64,000 nt of DNA, taken from the NCBI GenBank assembly GCA_000004985.1, contig GG738856.1. One strand, written 5' to 3'. How positions within the stretch are numbered: the first letter of the stretch is position 1; each line of letters begins with the position of its first letter. Shown in pieces: positions 53,916 through 64,000 of this stretch. The notes beneath the pieces are model-generated. The model did no database searches, was not told where the DNA came from, and saw only the letters and a list, made by a program, of their open reading frames with translations. This DNA comes from Naegleria gruberi. Taxonomy: Eukaryota. A program made the position numbers and the translations under genes.

Positions 53916-55721
53916 ATGAAGAGACCTCTAAATATTGCAGCTTGTTCTGGAGTAACTGGTGACAATCCGAATGCAATTTATGATCAAGCAGTTGGTGATC
54001 ATCCAATCGATGTCATTATTGGTGATTATTTGGCTGAGGTTAATATTGCATGGCATGCATTGGCTAGAAAAACAGATCCATCCAAAGGATACGATGAGGG
54101 TTTCGTTGAGAATTTGAAACCAGCATTGCCAGTTTTAAAGGAGAAAGGTATCAAGGTTGTTGTGAATGCTGGGGCCTTGAATCCTTCAGGTTTAGTCCAA
54201 GAATTGAGAAAGGTCTTGAATGAGCAAAAGATTGAAATGAATATTGCTTGGATTGAAGGTGATGACATTGTAAGAAAGATTCCTGAATTAATTGAAACTG
54301 GAAATGAGTTTATTCACTTGGATAATCCAAATGTCAAGTTATCCGAATGGAGATGCACTCCAATTTCTGCAAATGCTTATTTGGGTGCTTGGGGAATTGC
54401 CAAAGCATTGAATGAAGGAGCAGACATTGTCATTTGTCCAAGAGTTACTGATGCTTCACTTGTGGTTGGATGTGGTATTTGGTGGCATGATTGGAAAAAA
54501 GATCAATTTGACATTTTGGCAGGTGCTGTCATGACAGGACATTTAATTGAATGCAGTGCTTATATTACAGGAGGAAATTATGCAGGTTTTAGAAATGTCA
54601 AGAATAATGTCGATTTACCATTTCCAATTGTTGAACTAGCTCATGATGGCAGTTGTGTCATTACAAAACATTCAAACACAAATGGTGAAATCTCACTTGG
54701 AACTGTCACTACCCAATTCCTATATGAAATTCAAGGACCTATCTATTTAAACCCTGATGTAACCTGTCATCTCAGTACTGCTCAAATTACAGAAATTGCT
54801 CCTGACAGAGTTGCATTGACAGGTATTAAGGGAAGTGCTCCATCCAAGCAAACTAAAGTTGCCATCTGTGGAATTGGTGGCTATCAAGTTGAATTCTCTG
54901 TTTACATGACAAGTCCAAACGTCCAAGAAAAGGAAGATCATTTCAGAAAGCAAATGATGAGGATGGTCAACCCAGAAAAATTCCTAGTTCTTGATGTGAC
55001 CAGATATGGAGGACAAGTTCAAGATCCAAAATCTCAAGCAGAGGCAACTTGTCAAATTCGTGTTTTTGCTCAAGCTATTGATGCCGAAACAGTTTCGTTT
55101 AAGAATTTCACTGGACGAATCTTGTCAACTGGAATGCAAGGATTTGGAGGTTTCCACTTGAATATGGATTTCAGAACTGCTCAACCAAAACCTTTCATTG
55201 AATATTATCCAGCACTTCTTGATGTATCCTCTCTAGAACACACAGTTTTTGTAAACGACAAGGAATTCATTGTAAACGATTTGGAAATTCCAAGACAAGA
55301 AATTTCCTGCTCAGTCAACCAACTTCCAACTCTCGAATTTGACCCTTCTAAATATCCAGAAACAATCAGGGCTCCACTAGGAAGAGTAGCCCTTGCTCGT
55401 TCTGGAGATAAAGGAGGAAACATGAATGTTGGAATCTATGTCCTTCATGACCAAGCATGGCCATGGCTTAAATCCTTCCTCAACGAGGAAACTTTTAGAA
55501 AATTGCTTGGAAATGATAATTCTCCCGACTATATTATCGAAAGATGTGAATTTGAAAATTTGAGAGCTGTTCACTTTAAAGTGATTGGAATTTTGGGAAA
55601 GGGAGTTTCAAGTACTGCAAGAATGGATTCATTCGCCAAATCTTGGGGTGAGTTTTTGAGAGCTCGACATGTGGACATTCCATTGGAAATTTATGAAAAT
55701 TGCAGTGTAGATTTATTGTAA
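53916..55721 (+). CDS. AtuA-like protein (DUF1446 N-terminal domain; acyclic-terpene-utilisation AtuA family)
   Basis: The 601-aa N-terminus NIAACSGVTGDNPNAIYDQAVGDHPIDVIIGDYLAEVNIAWHALARKTDPSKGYDEGFVENLKPALPVLKEKGIKVVVNAGALNP matches the family signature (SGFWGDRP...YLVGDYLAE...KDP..GY...GIKVVSNAGG.NP). Confidence 0.55.
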   Translation: MKRPLNIAACSGVTGDNPNAIYDQAVGDHPIDVIIGDYLAEVNIAWHALARKTDPSKGYDEGFVENLKPALPVLKEKGIKVVVNAGALNPSGLVQELRKVLNEQKIEMNIAWIEGDDIVRKIPELIETGNEFIHLDNPNVKLSEWRCTPISANAYLGAWGIAKALNEGADIVICPRVTDASLVVGCGIWWHDWKKDQFDILAGAVMTGHLIECSAYITGGNYAGFRNVKNNVDLPFPIVELAHDGSCVITKHSNTNGEISLGTVTTQFLYEIQGPIYLNPDVTCHLSTAQITEIAPDRVALTGIKGSAPSKQTKVAICGIGGYQVEFSVYMTSPNVQEKEDHFRKQMMRMVNPEKFLVLDVTRYGGQVQDPKSQAEATCQIRVFAQAIDAETVSFKNFTGRILSTGMQGFGGFHLNMDFRTAQPKPFIEYYPALLDVSSLEHTVFVNDKEFIVNDLEIPRQEISCSVNQLPTLEFDPSKYPETIRAPLGRVALARSGDKGGNMNVGIYVLHDQAWPWLKSFLNEETFRKLLGNDNSPDYIIERCEFENLRAVHFKVIGILGKGVSSTARMDSFAKSWGEFLRARHVDIPLEIYENCSVDLL

Positions 55722-55751
55722 ACGTAACAAGTTTCGATTCGAACTTTAAAA

Positions 55752-56681
55752 ATGTTGGAAAAAATGCAACAAGAAGAAGAAAAATCAAAGAATTGTTTTG
55801 CTCTCTTTTCTGATCATGATGAAACAATTTGTTCTACCAAGCCGAGTCCACAATTAGCACCTCCCGATCATCAATTTTTCAATAAATTTGGGAAAATCAA
55901 GATGGTTGTATGTCGAGTAAATAATTGTTTTGTAGTTTCGGAACACGATGAAGTATTTGTTGGTAGTAAGAGCGGGTGGCAACGATTGGGAACAAGTTTT
56001 AAATTTACCAATGAGAAAATAGTGCATATCAGTGCAAGTTATCATATTCTTGTTATGATTTTACAATCTGGCAATACTACAAATATTGGGACAAGAGTAT
56101 TTTGGTGTTTTATTAATACTAATGGAGGTGGTAATAAATTTGGAGAGACAATTACTGAATGTACAGAGTTGGTGGATCATTTCTCCAATAAGGAAGGACC
56201 TCAAACTACTACTTGGTATCATTTGCAAGATTTTGAATTGATGGATGGGGAATATGTTAATTATACTTCATGTGCTGCATATGCCTGTACATTTATTACA
56301 TCCCATGGAAGACTTTTTGCATGTGGTAGTAATCAATTTGGTGAAATAGCTCAACCAACAATTAGTTTTAGAACAAGTAATGTTATTTGCAAAGTTAATC
56401 TTTGTAATCTTGATCCTTTGAATGAATGTAAAAATCCATTCTTTGTCAAATCAGTGAATGGGGATCACAATATTATTGCCTTGACAAAGGATCATAATAT
56501 TTTCTATTGTGGATATCAAATGGAAGCTGGAGGTAAAGATCTACCAATGATGAGACAATTGAAACGACATGACACAATGGAACCTTATGAATACAGGAAT
56601 ATCAAGAAAAAAGACGAGTTCAAGCACTGTTTTATGCCATGCAAGGGCTTGTGGAGCAACGATTTGGAATGGAATCTTTGA
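55752..56681 (+). CDS. Hypothetical protein with RCC1-like repeats
   Basis: VFVGSKSGWQRLGTS, LFACGSNQFGEIAQP and IFYCGYQMEAGG resemble RCC1 blade motifs. Confidence 0.4.
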   Translation: MLEKMQQEEEKSKNCFALFSDHDETICSTKPSPQLAPPDHQFFNKFGKIKMVVCRVNNCFVVSEHDEVFVGSKSGWQRLGTSFKFTNEKIVHISASYHILVMILQSGNTTNIGTRVFWCFINTNGGGNKFGETITECTELVDHFSNKEGPQTTTWYHLQDFELMDGEYVNYTSCAAYACTFITSHGRLFACGSNQFGEIAQPTISFRTSNVICKVNLCNLDPLNECKNPFFVKSVNGDHNIIALTKDHNIFYCGYQMEAGGKDLPMMRQLKRHDTMEPYEYRNIKKKDEFKHCFMPCKGLWSNDLEWNL

Positions 56682-57778
56682 GGTCAATTGAGAAATGCCG
56701 AGAATTGCTCTCGAAAAATTTTGACAATTTCACAAATTATACAGTGGCTTGCACTTATAAATTACTGAGTCGATATGAAATGGGATATGGAAGGGTTAAT
56801 TATTCGAGATTCTATCTGAATTGTGTCAAGTCCTATTTTGATGGAAATGAGCCAAAGAATTCATTTGAGAGGAATATGAAACAATTGATTAGAACAGCTG
56901 AAATTGTGGACTCACATAATGAGATGGGTCATTTATTTGTCAAGAATTTGCCAGAAATATTTGAAGCAATTACCAATCTTCCATTACCAGATGAAATTAT
57001 TAAGGTATTGCAGCAAGACTCCGTCAACTCAACTAATTATTTGGATCAAATGAAAATTATTGAAATAATTGTAAATCACACTGTCCAATTCTCTAAAGAA
57101 AAGACAAATTCCTATAAGACAGAAGAACAGAGAAAGTTTATTGACAACTATCTTGAGAATTTCAAATCCATCTTTTTGAATGGTTTGAGCATTTCAATGC
57201 TTATGCGCTCTGGACAGGGAAATGAACTAATTGAAGAAGCTGCTTTGAAAGTTACCTATTCATCAGAGACTGAATACTTTCCCTTGCTTCCTATATTTGT
57301 TCTGCCATATGTTGCTTTGGCCAGTCGTTTCCATTTACAAATAGTGAAACAGATCGAAAATGGGCAAACACAACAGGAAAGCAAGAAGAATCCAACAAGT
57401 GTAGATTATTACGAAATTCTAGCCAAAGATTTACTAGCTTTGAGAGTGCTTGCAAAGAGATACAAACGAGTTGAATTTTCTTATGGAACCATGATGAATG
57501 AAATGGACGAAATTTTAAAGAAGAAAGTTGAACAATCATCTCAACAGAATGTGGAATTCAGCACAACTTCTGACGTGGCCACGCCACAAACTACTCACGT
57601 GGAGAGTTCTTGTCTAATTGATGAACAGCCACTTTCCTTTTTATTGGGATTTGTTAATGAGGCAGCTCAACACTCACAACCATTCGAAAGTTCAAACCAA
57701 CACATTGCAGAAAATCCATTCCACTTTCTTTCTGAGGATTTTTCACAAATGCTCTCTCCCGATTTTTCATTCTTTTAG
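56639..57778 (+). CDS. Hypothetical alpha-helical protein (may be the 3' part of the RCC1-like gene after a 1-nt frame change)
   Basis: The frame is open from 56588 and overlaps the end of the previous ORF by about 90 nt in a different frame. No family is recognised. Confidence 0.3.
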   Translation: MQGLVEQRFGMESLRSIEKCRELLSKNFDNFTNYTVACTYKLLSRYEMGYGRVNYSRFYLNCVKSYFDGNEPKNSFERNMKQLIRTAEIVDSHNEMGHLFVKNLPEIFEAITNLPLPDEIIKVLQQDSVNSTNYLDQMKIIEIIVNHTVQFSKEKTNSYKTEEQRKFIDNYLENFKSIFLNGLSISMLMRSGQGNELIEEAALKVTYSSETEYFPLLPIFVLPYVALASRFHLQIVKQIENGQTQQESKKNPTSVDYYEILAKDLLALRVLAKRYKRVEFSYGTMMNEMDEILKKKVEQSSQQNVEFSTTSDVATPQTTHVESSCLIDEQPLSFLLGFVNEAAQHSQPFESSNQHIAENPFHFLSEDFSQMLSPDFSFF

Positions 57779-57805
57779 TTTTCACACAAATATATTTGAG
57801 TTTAT

Positions 57806-58732
57806 TTAGAATAATGAGAAAATAATCATGGCAACCATCAGGACAAAACCACCCAAACTCAATCCTGAAGCTCCACTAGTAGAACGATCTTTAGTCAAGG
57901 TTGTCAAAAGAGTTCCAAAGATATTCTCAGCTGTAATTGTAATACTGAAAGATTCAGCAGTAGTAGAAACAGGGAATGTAAAAATAGTTGAGCCAGAGTA
58001 GATGTTTAAAGTTGAAACAGTTGCAGAATAGGAAGCACTCTTAGCAGTTACAGTAATGGTAGAACCAGAATAGATCCACAACTTTCCATCATTTCCGTAC
58101 AATTCAACCAAAACTTTCAACTTTCCATCTTGGAAATAACTTGTTGCATTAATATTATTCAATCCAATATAACAAGTTCCAGTATACTTGTACTTGGTTG
58201 TGCAAGTAGTAGCATTAGCAACTGAAGATTCACATCTGTAAGTGGTAATGACATTTGGAGAATTGAAAATAGTTCCAGAAGCACTCAAACAATTGGTGGT
58301 TAAAGGACTTGGAGAAATTGGAACAGCAGTATTACCAGCATCAAACTTTCTGAATTCAGCTTCTTTGAAGTAGTATATTCTGTACATTTCTTTAGTATTG
58401 TCAGAACCCAAGTTGATAGAATTGGAGGCAAAGTTTCTGGAATCCAAACATGTAGTGTTAAACTTGTAGAATTGTTGGTTGACATCTGTGAAAGTGGTAC
58501 AACCAGAACAAGCACAATCAAGGGAAGCTCTTGGAGCAGCGATGGATTTGAAATTGTTGTTGGATGGGAGGATGAATGATTTGGCTGAATCCATGGTTGA
58601 CCTAACGAGAGGAGATGATTCTTCGTAGGTTGAACCCATTGGACCACCTAAACCTTTTTCAATGGAAATGGTGGAGCTTTGGACAAGTTGACACAAGACC
58701 AAGATGAGAGCGATAGCAATAATTGATTTCAT
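57806..58732 (-). CDS. Hypothetical Ser/Thr-rich secreted protein with probable GPI-anchor signal
   Basis: The signal peptide is MKSIIAIALILVLCQLVQSS. The C-terminus is ...SGASGLSLGGFVLMVAMIIFSLF. Confidence 0.45.
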   Translation of the reverse strand: MKSIIAIALILVLCQLVQSSTISIEKGLGGPMGSTYEESSPLVRSTMDSAKSFILPSNNNFKSIAAPRASLDCACSGCTTFTDVNQQFYKFNTTCLDSRNFASNSINLGSDNTKEMYRIYYFKEAEFRKFDAGNTAVPISPSPLTTNCLSASGTIFNSPNVITTYRCESSVANATTCTTKYKYTGTCYIGLNNINATSYFQDGKLKVLVELYGNDGKLWIYSGSTITVTAKSASYSATVSTLNIYSGSTIFTFPVSTTAESFSITITAENIFGTLLTTLTKDRSTSGASGLSLGGFVLMVAMIIFSLF

Positions 58733-59146
58733 TTTGTTTTTTTCAATGGACTGTCCAGAGGCATGGTTGCGTTGTGAATTTAAATGTTTTTCACACTGTT
58801 ACACTGCTTTATTGATGGGCTTCAAAATACATTTACTTTAGTCCAACACATGCCCTCTCATGGAAAGGGAATTTATTTTTTTCAAGTGAAAACCAATGAA
58901 ATAGAGAGTTTACAACAGTTGAGTGAACATTTCTGTCTGAATATGGAAATTGGTTTTATCCAAAGGGCGAGGGTTCCATGATTTTAATTGGTTGCTGAAG
59001 AAGATTATGAACATTTTCCCTGTTTTTCAGTTGACTATTTGTTCAAACTTCAAGAGTTGTTGGAAACCAAATGCCAACGCCCACAACTTTTTAAAGTGCA
59101 TTCCTTAAACGGTAAGTGTCGTATTAACAAAAATTTTGTAAATAAT

Positions 59147-60064
59147 TTAATATTTATCTTTCAGGTCACGTACAGTTTGCAAGATTTTAACACTTGACCA
59201 AGTCTTTAAATCATCCTCAGTGGCAGAACCATCTTTAATCATCTTATCAAAGAATTCTCTTCTTGTTTCAAAAGATTCCAAGAGGGCTGCTTTAAAGTAT
59301 GGATTGTACTCTTTCTCATCTTGCCATGTGGAAGGAACAGTTCCATGAGATTCCTCCATCAAGTTCTTATACTTGTTCAAATATTTTCTACTTGTTTCTG
59401 TATCAGAAATCTTATCCACAATGAATTGCATATTCTTGAGTGTATATTCATGACCACAACACAATAGCATTCTCTCTGGATCTTTAATTTCCTTATTCAA
59501 TTTTACAATATTATCAAACATTTGTTGAGCAGTTCCTTCAAAGAATTTTCCACATCCTCCCACAAAGAATGTATCTCCACAGAATAAACAATCGAAATTG
59601 CCTCCCTCTTCATCTGATGTTCTGACAAGATAACAAACATGTCCATTGGTATGACATGGAGTGTGATAAGCCTGAACCACAGTCTTATCATCAAAGATTG
59701 TAAATGACTCCAAATCACTCTTCAATTCTTGATTGACTCCTTCACATTCTCCATTTCCAACAACTTGTACTTTTTCCAATGATGAAAATTCCTTCCAATT
59801 CTTTACAAAATACAAATTACCTCCGGCATGATCCCAATGTTTATGAGTCGTCAGAATAGTAGAAAGACTCTTTTGATTGAATAATGATTGTCCCTCATTG
59901 CTATTCAAATATTGATGAATCTTTTTAGAATCGGAAGGATCAACCATTGCATATTGATTAGTATGATGATTGATCAGAAAATAACAATAATTATCGGAGA
60001 GGATTGGTAGAATATGCAGTGAGAGTTTGCGACTGAGAGGAATGGTGCGTGTATGGATGGACAT
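59147..60064 (-). CDS. Glyoxalase II (hydroxyacylglutathione hydrolase, metallo-beta-lactamase fold), with possible N-terminal presequence
   Basis: HILPILSDNYCYFLI, THKHWDHAGGN (HxHxDH), CCGHEYTLKNMQF, and a C-terminal substrate-binding tail ...YNPYF.... Confidence 0.8.
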   Translation of the reverse strand: MSIHTRTIPLSRKLSLHILPILSDNYCYFLINHHTNQYAMVDPSDSKKIHQYLNSNEGQSLFNQKSLSTILTTHKHWDHAGGNLYFVKNWKEFSSLEKVQVVGNGECEGVNQELKSDLESFTIFDDKTVVQAYHTPCHTNGHVCYLVRTSDEEGGNFDCLFCGDTFFVGGCGKFFEGTAQQMFDNIVKLNKEIKDPERMLLCCGHEYTLKNMQFIVDKISDTETSRKYLNKYKNLMEESHGTVPSTWQDEKEYNPYFKAALLESFETRREFFDKMIKDGSATEDDLKTWSSVKILQTVRDLKDKY

Positions 60065-60254
60065 TTTTTTTTTAATTTGAAAATTTAATAAATTTCAATC
60101 TTTGAGTGCGTATTAATTTATTTGGAAAGTTTACAATTTTGTAAAGAGAATTGGAATATTTTTTAATGAGCGCGTGCGTACGCATCTGGATGAATATTTG
60201 CTCTTGTTGAATTGAGGGGATTGGCTTGGAAATGAATGAAAAAATTCAAATTTA

Positions 60255-61868
60255 CTATGGAAGTATTTTCAAATAAGGAAAGTAAGGTTTACACTTTTTG
60301 AATTTCAAATCTAGTAAGGTACAATTATCTTTGAGGAATTGGGATTCATTCTTTCGTTTGTTAATTTTCTGCAATCGATCAAAATTAAACTTGCTAGCAC
60401 CTATTATATTATCCGATTCTAAACTATTCGTTCTCCTGTAAAATAGAATATTTGAAAGTTGCAGCTTGTTGGAATTGGTAAACTCATACTTGGCTATTGT
60501 GAAAATTTTCTCATTCTCGCAGACAACACATAATAATTCCATTTTTGGAAGTCTCTTCAATATTTCAATGAATTCAGAAAGCTCACTTTCATTCTCTATT
60601 GAAACACTAATTGAGAATATTCTAGAATTGAACCAACATGACTCGAATTCAGAGAATTTGATACAAATCGGATCTTTGATCACTATTTCAGTTTGTTGTA
60701 AGGTAGTTTGTGAGTTCAGTAGTTTGAATAAACTGACACCATCAACAGATTGATGAAATATTACAGTTTTGATCATTTTTTGATTAACTTGTTCTATAAT
60801 TCTAGATAGGAATGGAAGAACAGATGCATTTCCTTGAATTTCCAATTGTTTCACTTTAAACTTTTCATGATTGACTAATTTTTCAAACTTGTGCAAATTA
60901 TATGAAGTTAATTGACATTTAAACAAGTTCAAACAAACATCATCATGAACCTTCTTCCACTTGATACTGAAAATTGATCCAACAATCAAATTTTCCACTC
61001 TGAAATATTTCAATAAAACATGCATCCTTATTGGAATTAAACATGTTATTGTTGGAATTGGGATTCCTTTCCTTTTTTTCATCATGTGGATGATATTTGG
61101 TAAATTGAGTGATGTATTCTCATTCAGATTGAAAGTATTTTCAATTTGCAAATGTTTCATTTTGGTAAATTGTTGTTGATTTTCAATATTTTCAAGAAAA
61201 TGTTCCAAAATTTTGCTCATCTCGCTAACATTACTATAATAATGAACATTGAATGCCAAACTTCTCAAATGTTTGAAACTTTCAATGGTGGGAATTTGAT
61301 AAAACTTTGGATTTCCAATTATGGAAAATTTCACAACCTTCTTGAATGGCAAAGAGCTCTTAATTTTTTCCACCAGAACATTCCCACTCCCCACAACATA
61401 CACTGAAAAGTTCTCATCATGAACTTGATCCACACTCTCACTACCCTCCACATCTTCACTCAAATTTAACACAGCATGATTTGCATTCCTCTTACATGCC
61501 ACATCCACATGAAGAATGTTTTCATCCAAATGACTATCATACTTGATGTGTATTGGTAAATAACAACAGCAAATTTGTCGAAAGTATCGACAGACATGAC
61601 TAAGGCAATTCATCACTTCATCATGACAAAACCACTTGAACACATTTTCATAGACAAAATCTGGATGAAACTGTTCCAACAAGATGTAATACTCCATCAA
61701 TTTCTGCCTATTCTGCTGTTGCTGCTGCTGATGATGATGTTGATGTGTAAGTGTTGTTGTTGCTGAATTGGATTGTCTTCTCCGAAAGGGTTTCATAAAT
61801 CGTGTTTCCTCTCCATCTTCATTACAGACAATCCATCCCATGCAAGAAGTCAATGTTTCCTTCATCAT
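60255..61868 (-). CDS. Hypothetical poly-Gln/His + F-box-like protein (paralog of 39045-40415)
   Basis: The 537-aa ORF contains LTHQHHHQQQQQQNRQ and an F-box-like VYENVFKWFCHDEVMNCLSHVCRYFRQIC. Confidence 0.5.
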   Translation of the reverse strand: MMKETLTSCMGWIVCNEDGEETRFMKPFRRRQSNSATTTLTHQHHHQQQQQQNRQKLMEYYILLEQFHPDFVYENVFKWFCHDEVMNCLSHVCRYFRQICCCYLPIHIKYDSHLDENILHVDVACKRNANHAVLNLSEDVEGSESVDQVHDENFSVYVVGSGNVLVEKIKSSLPFKKVVKFSIIGNPKFYQIPTIESFKHLRSLAFNVHYYSNVSEMSKILEHFLENIENQQQFTKMKHLQIENTFNLNENTSLNLPNIIHMMKKRKGIPIPTITCLIPIRMHVLLKYFRVENLIVGSIFSIKWKKVHDDVCLNLFKCQLTSYNLHKFEKLVNHEKFKVKQLEIQGNASVLPFLSRIIEQVNQKMIKTVIFHQSVDGVSLFKLLNSQTTLQQTEIVIKDPICIKFSEFESCWFNSRIFSISVSIENESELSEFIEILKRLPKMELLCVVCENEKIFTIAKYEFTNSNKLQLSNILFYRRTNSLESDNIIGASKFNFDRLQKINKRKNESQFLKDNCTLLDLKFKKCKPYFPYLKILP

Positions 61869-62401
61869 GTTATATGTACTCTTATTCCTTTCTAATGATG
61901 ATGATGATGATTAAAATAGTAAGTTGATATTGAATATTAAGGTTTTGCTGTTTTTTCTTCTTCTATAATTTAAGTCCATTGAATGAACATGAACACCCTT
62001 TTCGCCCTAATTGATATATAGTCCAAATGGAGTTGATCTCTTTCTCTTATATCCCTTCTTACTGTATTCAAAGTGACTGTAATGCAAAAAGAGGTGCAGT
62101 TTGTGATCATGTGATAGTGAGGAAGGATGTTGTGATGTTAATGCTGTGTGCACACAGTATAGGAAGAATACAACGTAAGGAGCATGATGTAGTGATTTGG
62201 ATTCAATATATCTCTTGGGATCTTTTGGATTTTAAAGAAAATATGGATTAAGAGTTGAAAGGGTTATTAAGGAAATTTTGAGGAATGGAGATATGATTGA
62301 ATAATGGAACGTCTTGATTTGGGAGTGTATTAAGTAATAATATTGTAATTAAATTATTTAATATTTAATTATTTAAATATTTAAATAGTATTTAAAAAAA
62401 A

Positions 62402-64000
62402 ATGTCAAAAGATGATCGGCACATATCGGGATTTAACAATACAATAACTTATCAACAAGATGCCGGCACGACTGATGCAACGACGAACAGGATAGCTCTC
62501 ACCGAACAATCATCCCTTCTCCATCATCAGGAAAATAATAATTTAAATAATAATCGTGATGATGATGAGGAAAATCACACTTTGGAAGGCTTTGAAAATT
62601 CAAATCACATCGAGGATGATAATGAGAATTATTTAAATAATTACTTTACCCAATCAATTTCTAAACATTATAGGAAAACTCTCTACTCTCAATGTTTTGC
62701 CTTGATTTTGAATAGGAGAATTGAAAATGTTGCCTCCTTTATGTGTTCGATTGTTTTGGCAGTAGCTTTGGCCATGATTGCGTCGACACTCTCGGCCACT
62801 CACACAATGATTGAAGATGCCGACTGTACTGCTGCATTACAAGTGAAGGAGATGTGTAAGGTGTGGAGTAGTGAATTGAACTGTACGAGATATGATGGAC
62901 AAGAGTTGAGGATTGGTGGATATGTATTTGATGAGAGTTCTCTCTTTTATGCCAACGTAAATAGGAGCAAATCGATGGGAAGGTGGTACCAGCGAAATAG
63001 TATTGCATTGGCTTGTCCTGTTTTGTGTAGTTCGGATAATGTAACTTGGAGTTATAAGGATTGTGAAAATGTGGAAAATCAAACACTCATTGATAATGTT
63101 TGTTTAAAGTTCGATTCAGTCTTTTGCTCTGCGAACATGTTGGTAGAAGAAACGATATTTTCAGTATTTGCCAAATTGAAGGACAGTAGCTTTGATGTAT
63201 GGTTATCTTTTGCACCACTTCAATCACCAATTGTAATTTTATTGTTGAAGGCATTCATGTCTATTCCTTCAAGTATTTTCAAAATTGATCATATGCTGTA
63301 TATTTTGGTACCATTCTTCATGTCTTGGATTGCTGTCAAGGCGAGAATTCTTGCCATTTTGGGAGTTTATAATGTGGCTGAAGAGGCTGTGCCTTTTATA
63401 TTCTCAATTATTTTACAATTATTGTCTGATATTATATTCCCCTTCTTTGGAGCTTTTTTTGAAACCATTGGTCACATGTTGGGAAAATTAGGAAGCAAGA
63501 TTGCTCAATCATGTAAACCACCAAAAGAAGACGATTGTTGTTACTGCTGTGTGAATTGTCCACCATGCCCAACTTGTCATTTTGGATTAATTGAATATTT
63601 CAATACGGATATTTCTATTGCTGATTATATTTTCCCAGATAGAAAAGGAAGGTATTATACCATGTTTTCAATTTGGTTTGGAACTCACAAAGAAAATGAA
63701 ATACCAACGTCAAAGGATTACGGATACATTGGAGGATGGAGAATATTCATTGGAATTGTTATTGTGATGGTTTGCATTCTTGCCATGACCATCATTGTGA
63801 TTATCAACAACTTTTTCCCAATTCTGAGTCATGAACGAATTATGATTGTCTATTTCTTTTTATTTTACTCTGTTTTACATCATTCTTATGGATTTATCAG
63901 CGTCATTCTCTACTTGATTCACATGAAAAGAGGAAAGAATATGTATATTAGGGTCGTATTTTTACTGGTTAGAGTAATTGGATTATTCTTGATTATTGGA
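62402..64000 (+). CDS. Hypothetical Cys-rich multi-pass membrane protein, 3'-partial (runs off window)
   Basis: ATG at 62402 opens a frame with no stop through 64000, which is why it is missing from the ORF track. At least six hydrophobic helices are present, plus a CCYCCVNCPPCPTC cluster. Confidence 0.45.
   Translation, partial: MSKDDRHISGFNNTITYQQDAGTTDATTNRIALTEQSSLLHHQENNNLNNNRDDDEENHTLEGFENSNHIEDDNENYLNNYFTQSISKHYRKTLYSQCFALILNRRIENVASFMCSIVLAVALAMIASTLSATHTMIEDADCTAALQVKEMCKVWSSELNCTRYDGQELRIGGYVFDESSLFYANVNRSKSMGRWYQRNSIALACPVLCSSDNVTWSYKDCENVENQTLIDNVCLKFDSVFCSANMLVEETIFSVFAKLKDSSFDVWLSFAPLQSPIVILLLKAFMSIPSSIFKIDHMLYILVPFFMSWIAVKARILAILGVYNVAEEAVPFIFSIILQLLSDIIFPFFGAFFETIGHMLGKLGSKIAQSCKPPKEDDCCYCCVNCPPCPTCHFGLIEYFNTDISIADYIFPDRKGRYYTMFSIWFGTHKENEIPTSKDYGYIGGWRIFIGIVIVMVCILAMTIIVIINNFFPILSHERIMIVYFFLFYSVLHHSYGFISVILYLIHMKRGKNMYIRVVFLLVRVIGLFLIIG

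Noticed and set aside
62739-63086. Two minus-strand ORFs and 63285-63491 on the plus strand
   Set aside because: They are antisense or out of frame relative to the long uninterrupted ORF beginning at 62402.
1-64000. A prokaryotic defence or mobile island, since the prompt hints at a novel system
   Set aside because: Spliceosomal introns, Pol III tRNAs with T-run terminators, F-box, G-alpha, PAT1 and Rho genes show this is eukaryotic. No operon structure, RBSs, integrases or defence-gene homologues are present.

Overview
The window is eukaryotic nuclear DNA, not a prokaryotic island. It is AT-rich (roughly one-third GC) and uses the standard genetic code. Genes lie on both strands, about one per 1.3-1.5 kb. 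Many are single-exon, and others are interrupted by very short spliceosomal introns (41-136 nt, GTAAGT...AG). Seven dispersed Pol III tRNA genes are present (Thr-AGT, Gly-GCC, Ile-AAT, Pro-TGG, Ser-AGA, Asn-GTT, plus one tRNA-like element with an aberrant anticodon loop), and most are followed by T-runs. About 45 protein-coding genes can be supported. Five carry an F-box-like N-terminus fused to ribonuclease-inhibitor-type LRRs, and a sixth RI-type LRR gene is 5'-partial at the window edge. Two F-box + Ras/Rho-like GTPase fusions end in CaaX boxes. Two paralogous amoebapore/naegleriapore-like saposin-like precursors are present. Others are a Rho GTPase, a divergent G-alpha, a 5-exon protein kinase with a C-terminal F-box-like motif, a small heat-shock protein, a cytochrome P450, a glyoxalase II, a PAT1 homologue, and a giant EGF-repeat surface glycoprotein spanning an assembly gap. 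Three unusual architectures stand out. A membrane-anchored MsrP/YedY-like molybdopterin domain is fused to LRRs. A CoA-transferase family III gene sits head-to-head with an AtuA-like (DUF1446) gene. A TFIIB-type zinc ribbon occurs as a stand-alone mini-protein. The LRR family is decaying locally: a 5' fragment is duplicated as a pseudogene, and two members carry frameshifts. There are two N-gaps (50 and 203 N). The gene content fits a free-living amoeboid protist; a heterolobosean such as Naegleria is only a guess from saposin-like peptides, GC content and compactness. The ORF track uses GTG/TTG as M in places, and it omits an ORF at 62402 that runs off the window end. The most interesting candidate is the lineage-specific F-box toolkit: the same F-box-like head is attached to LRR, GTPase, kinase and polyQ proteins.
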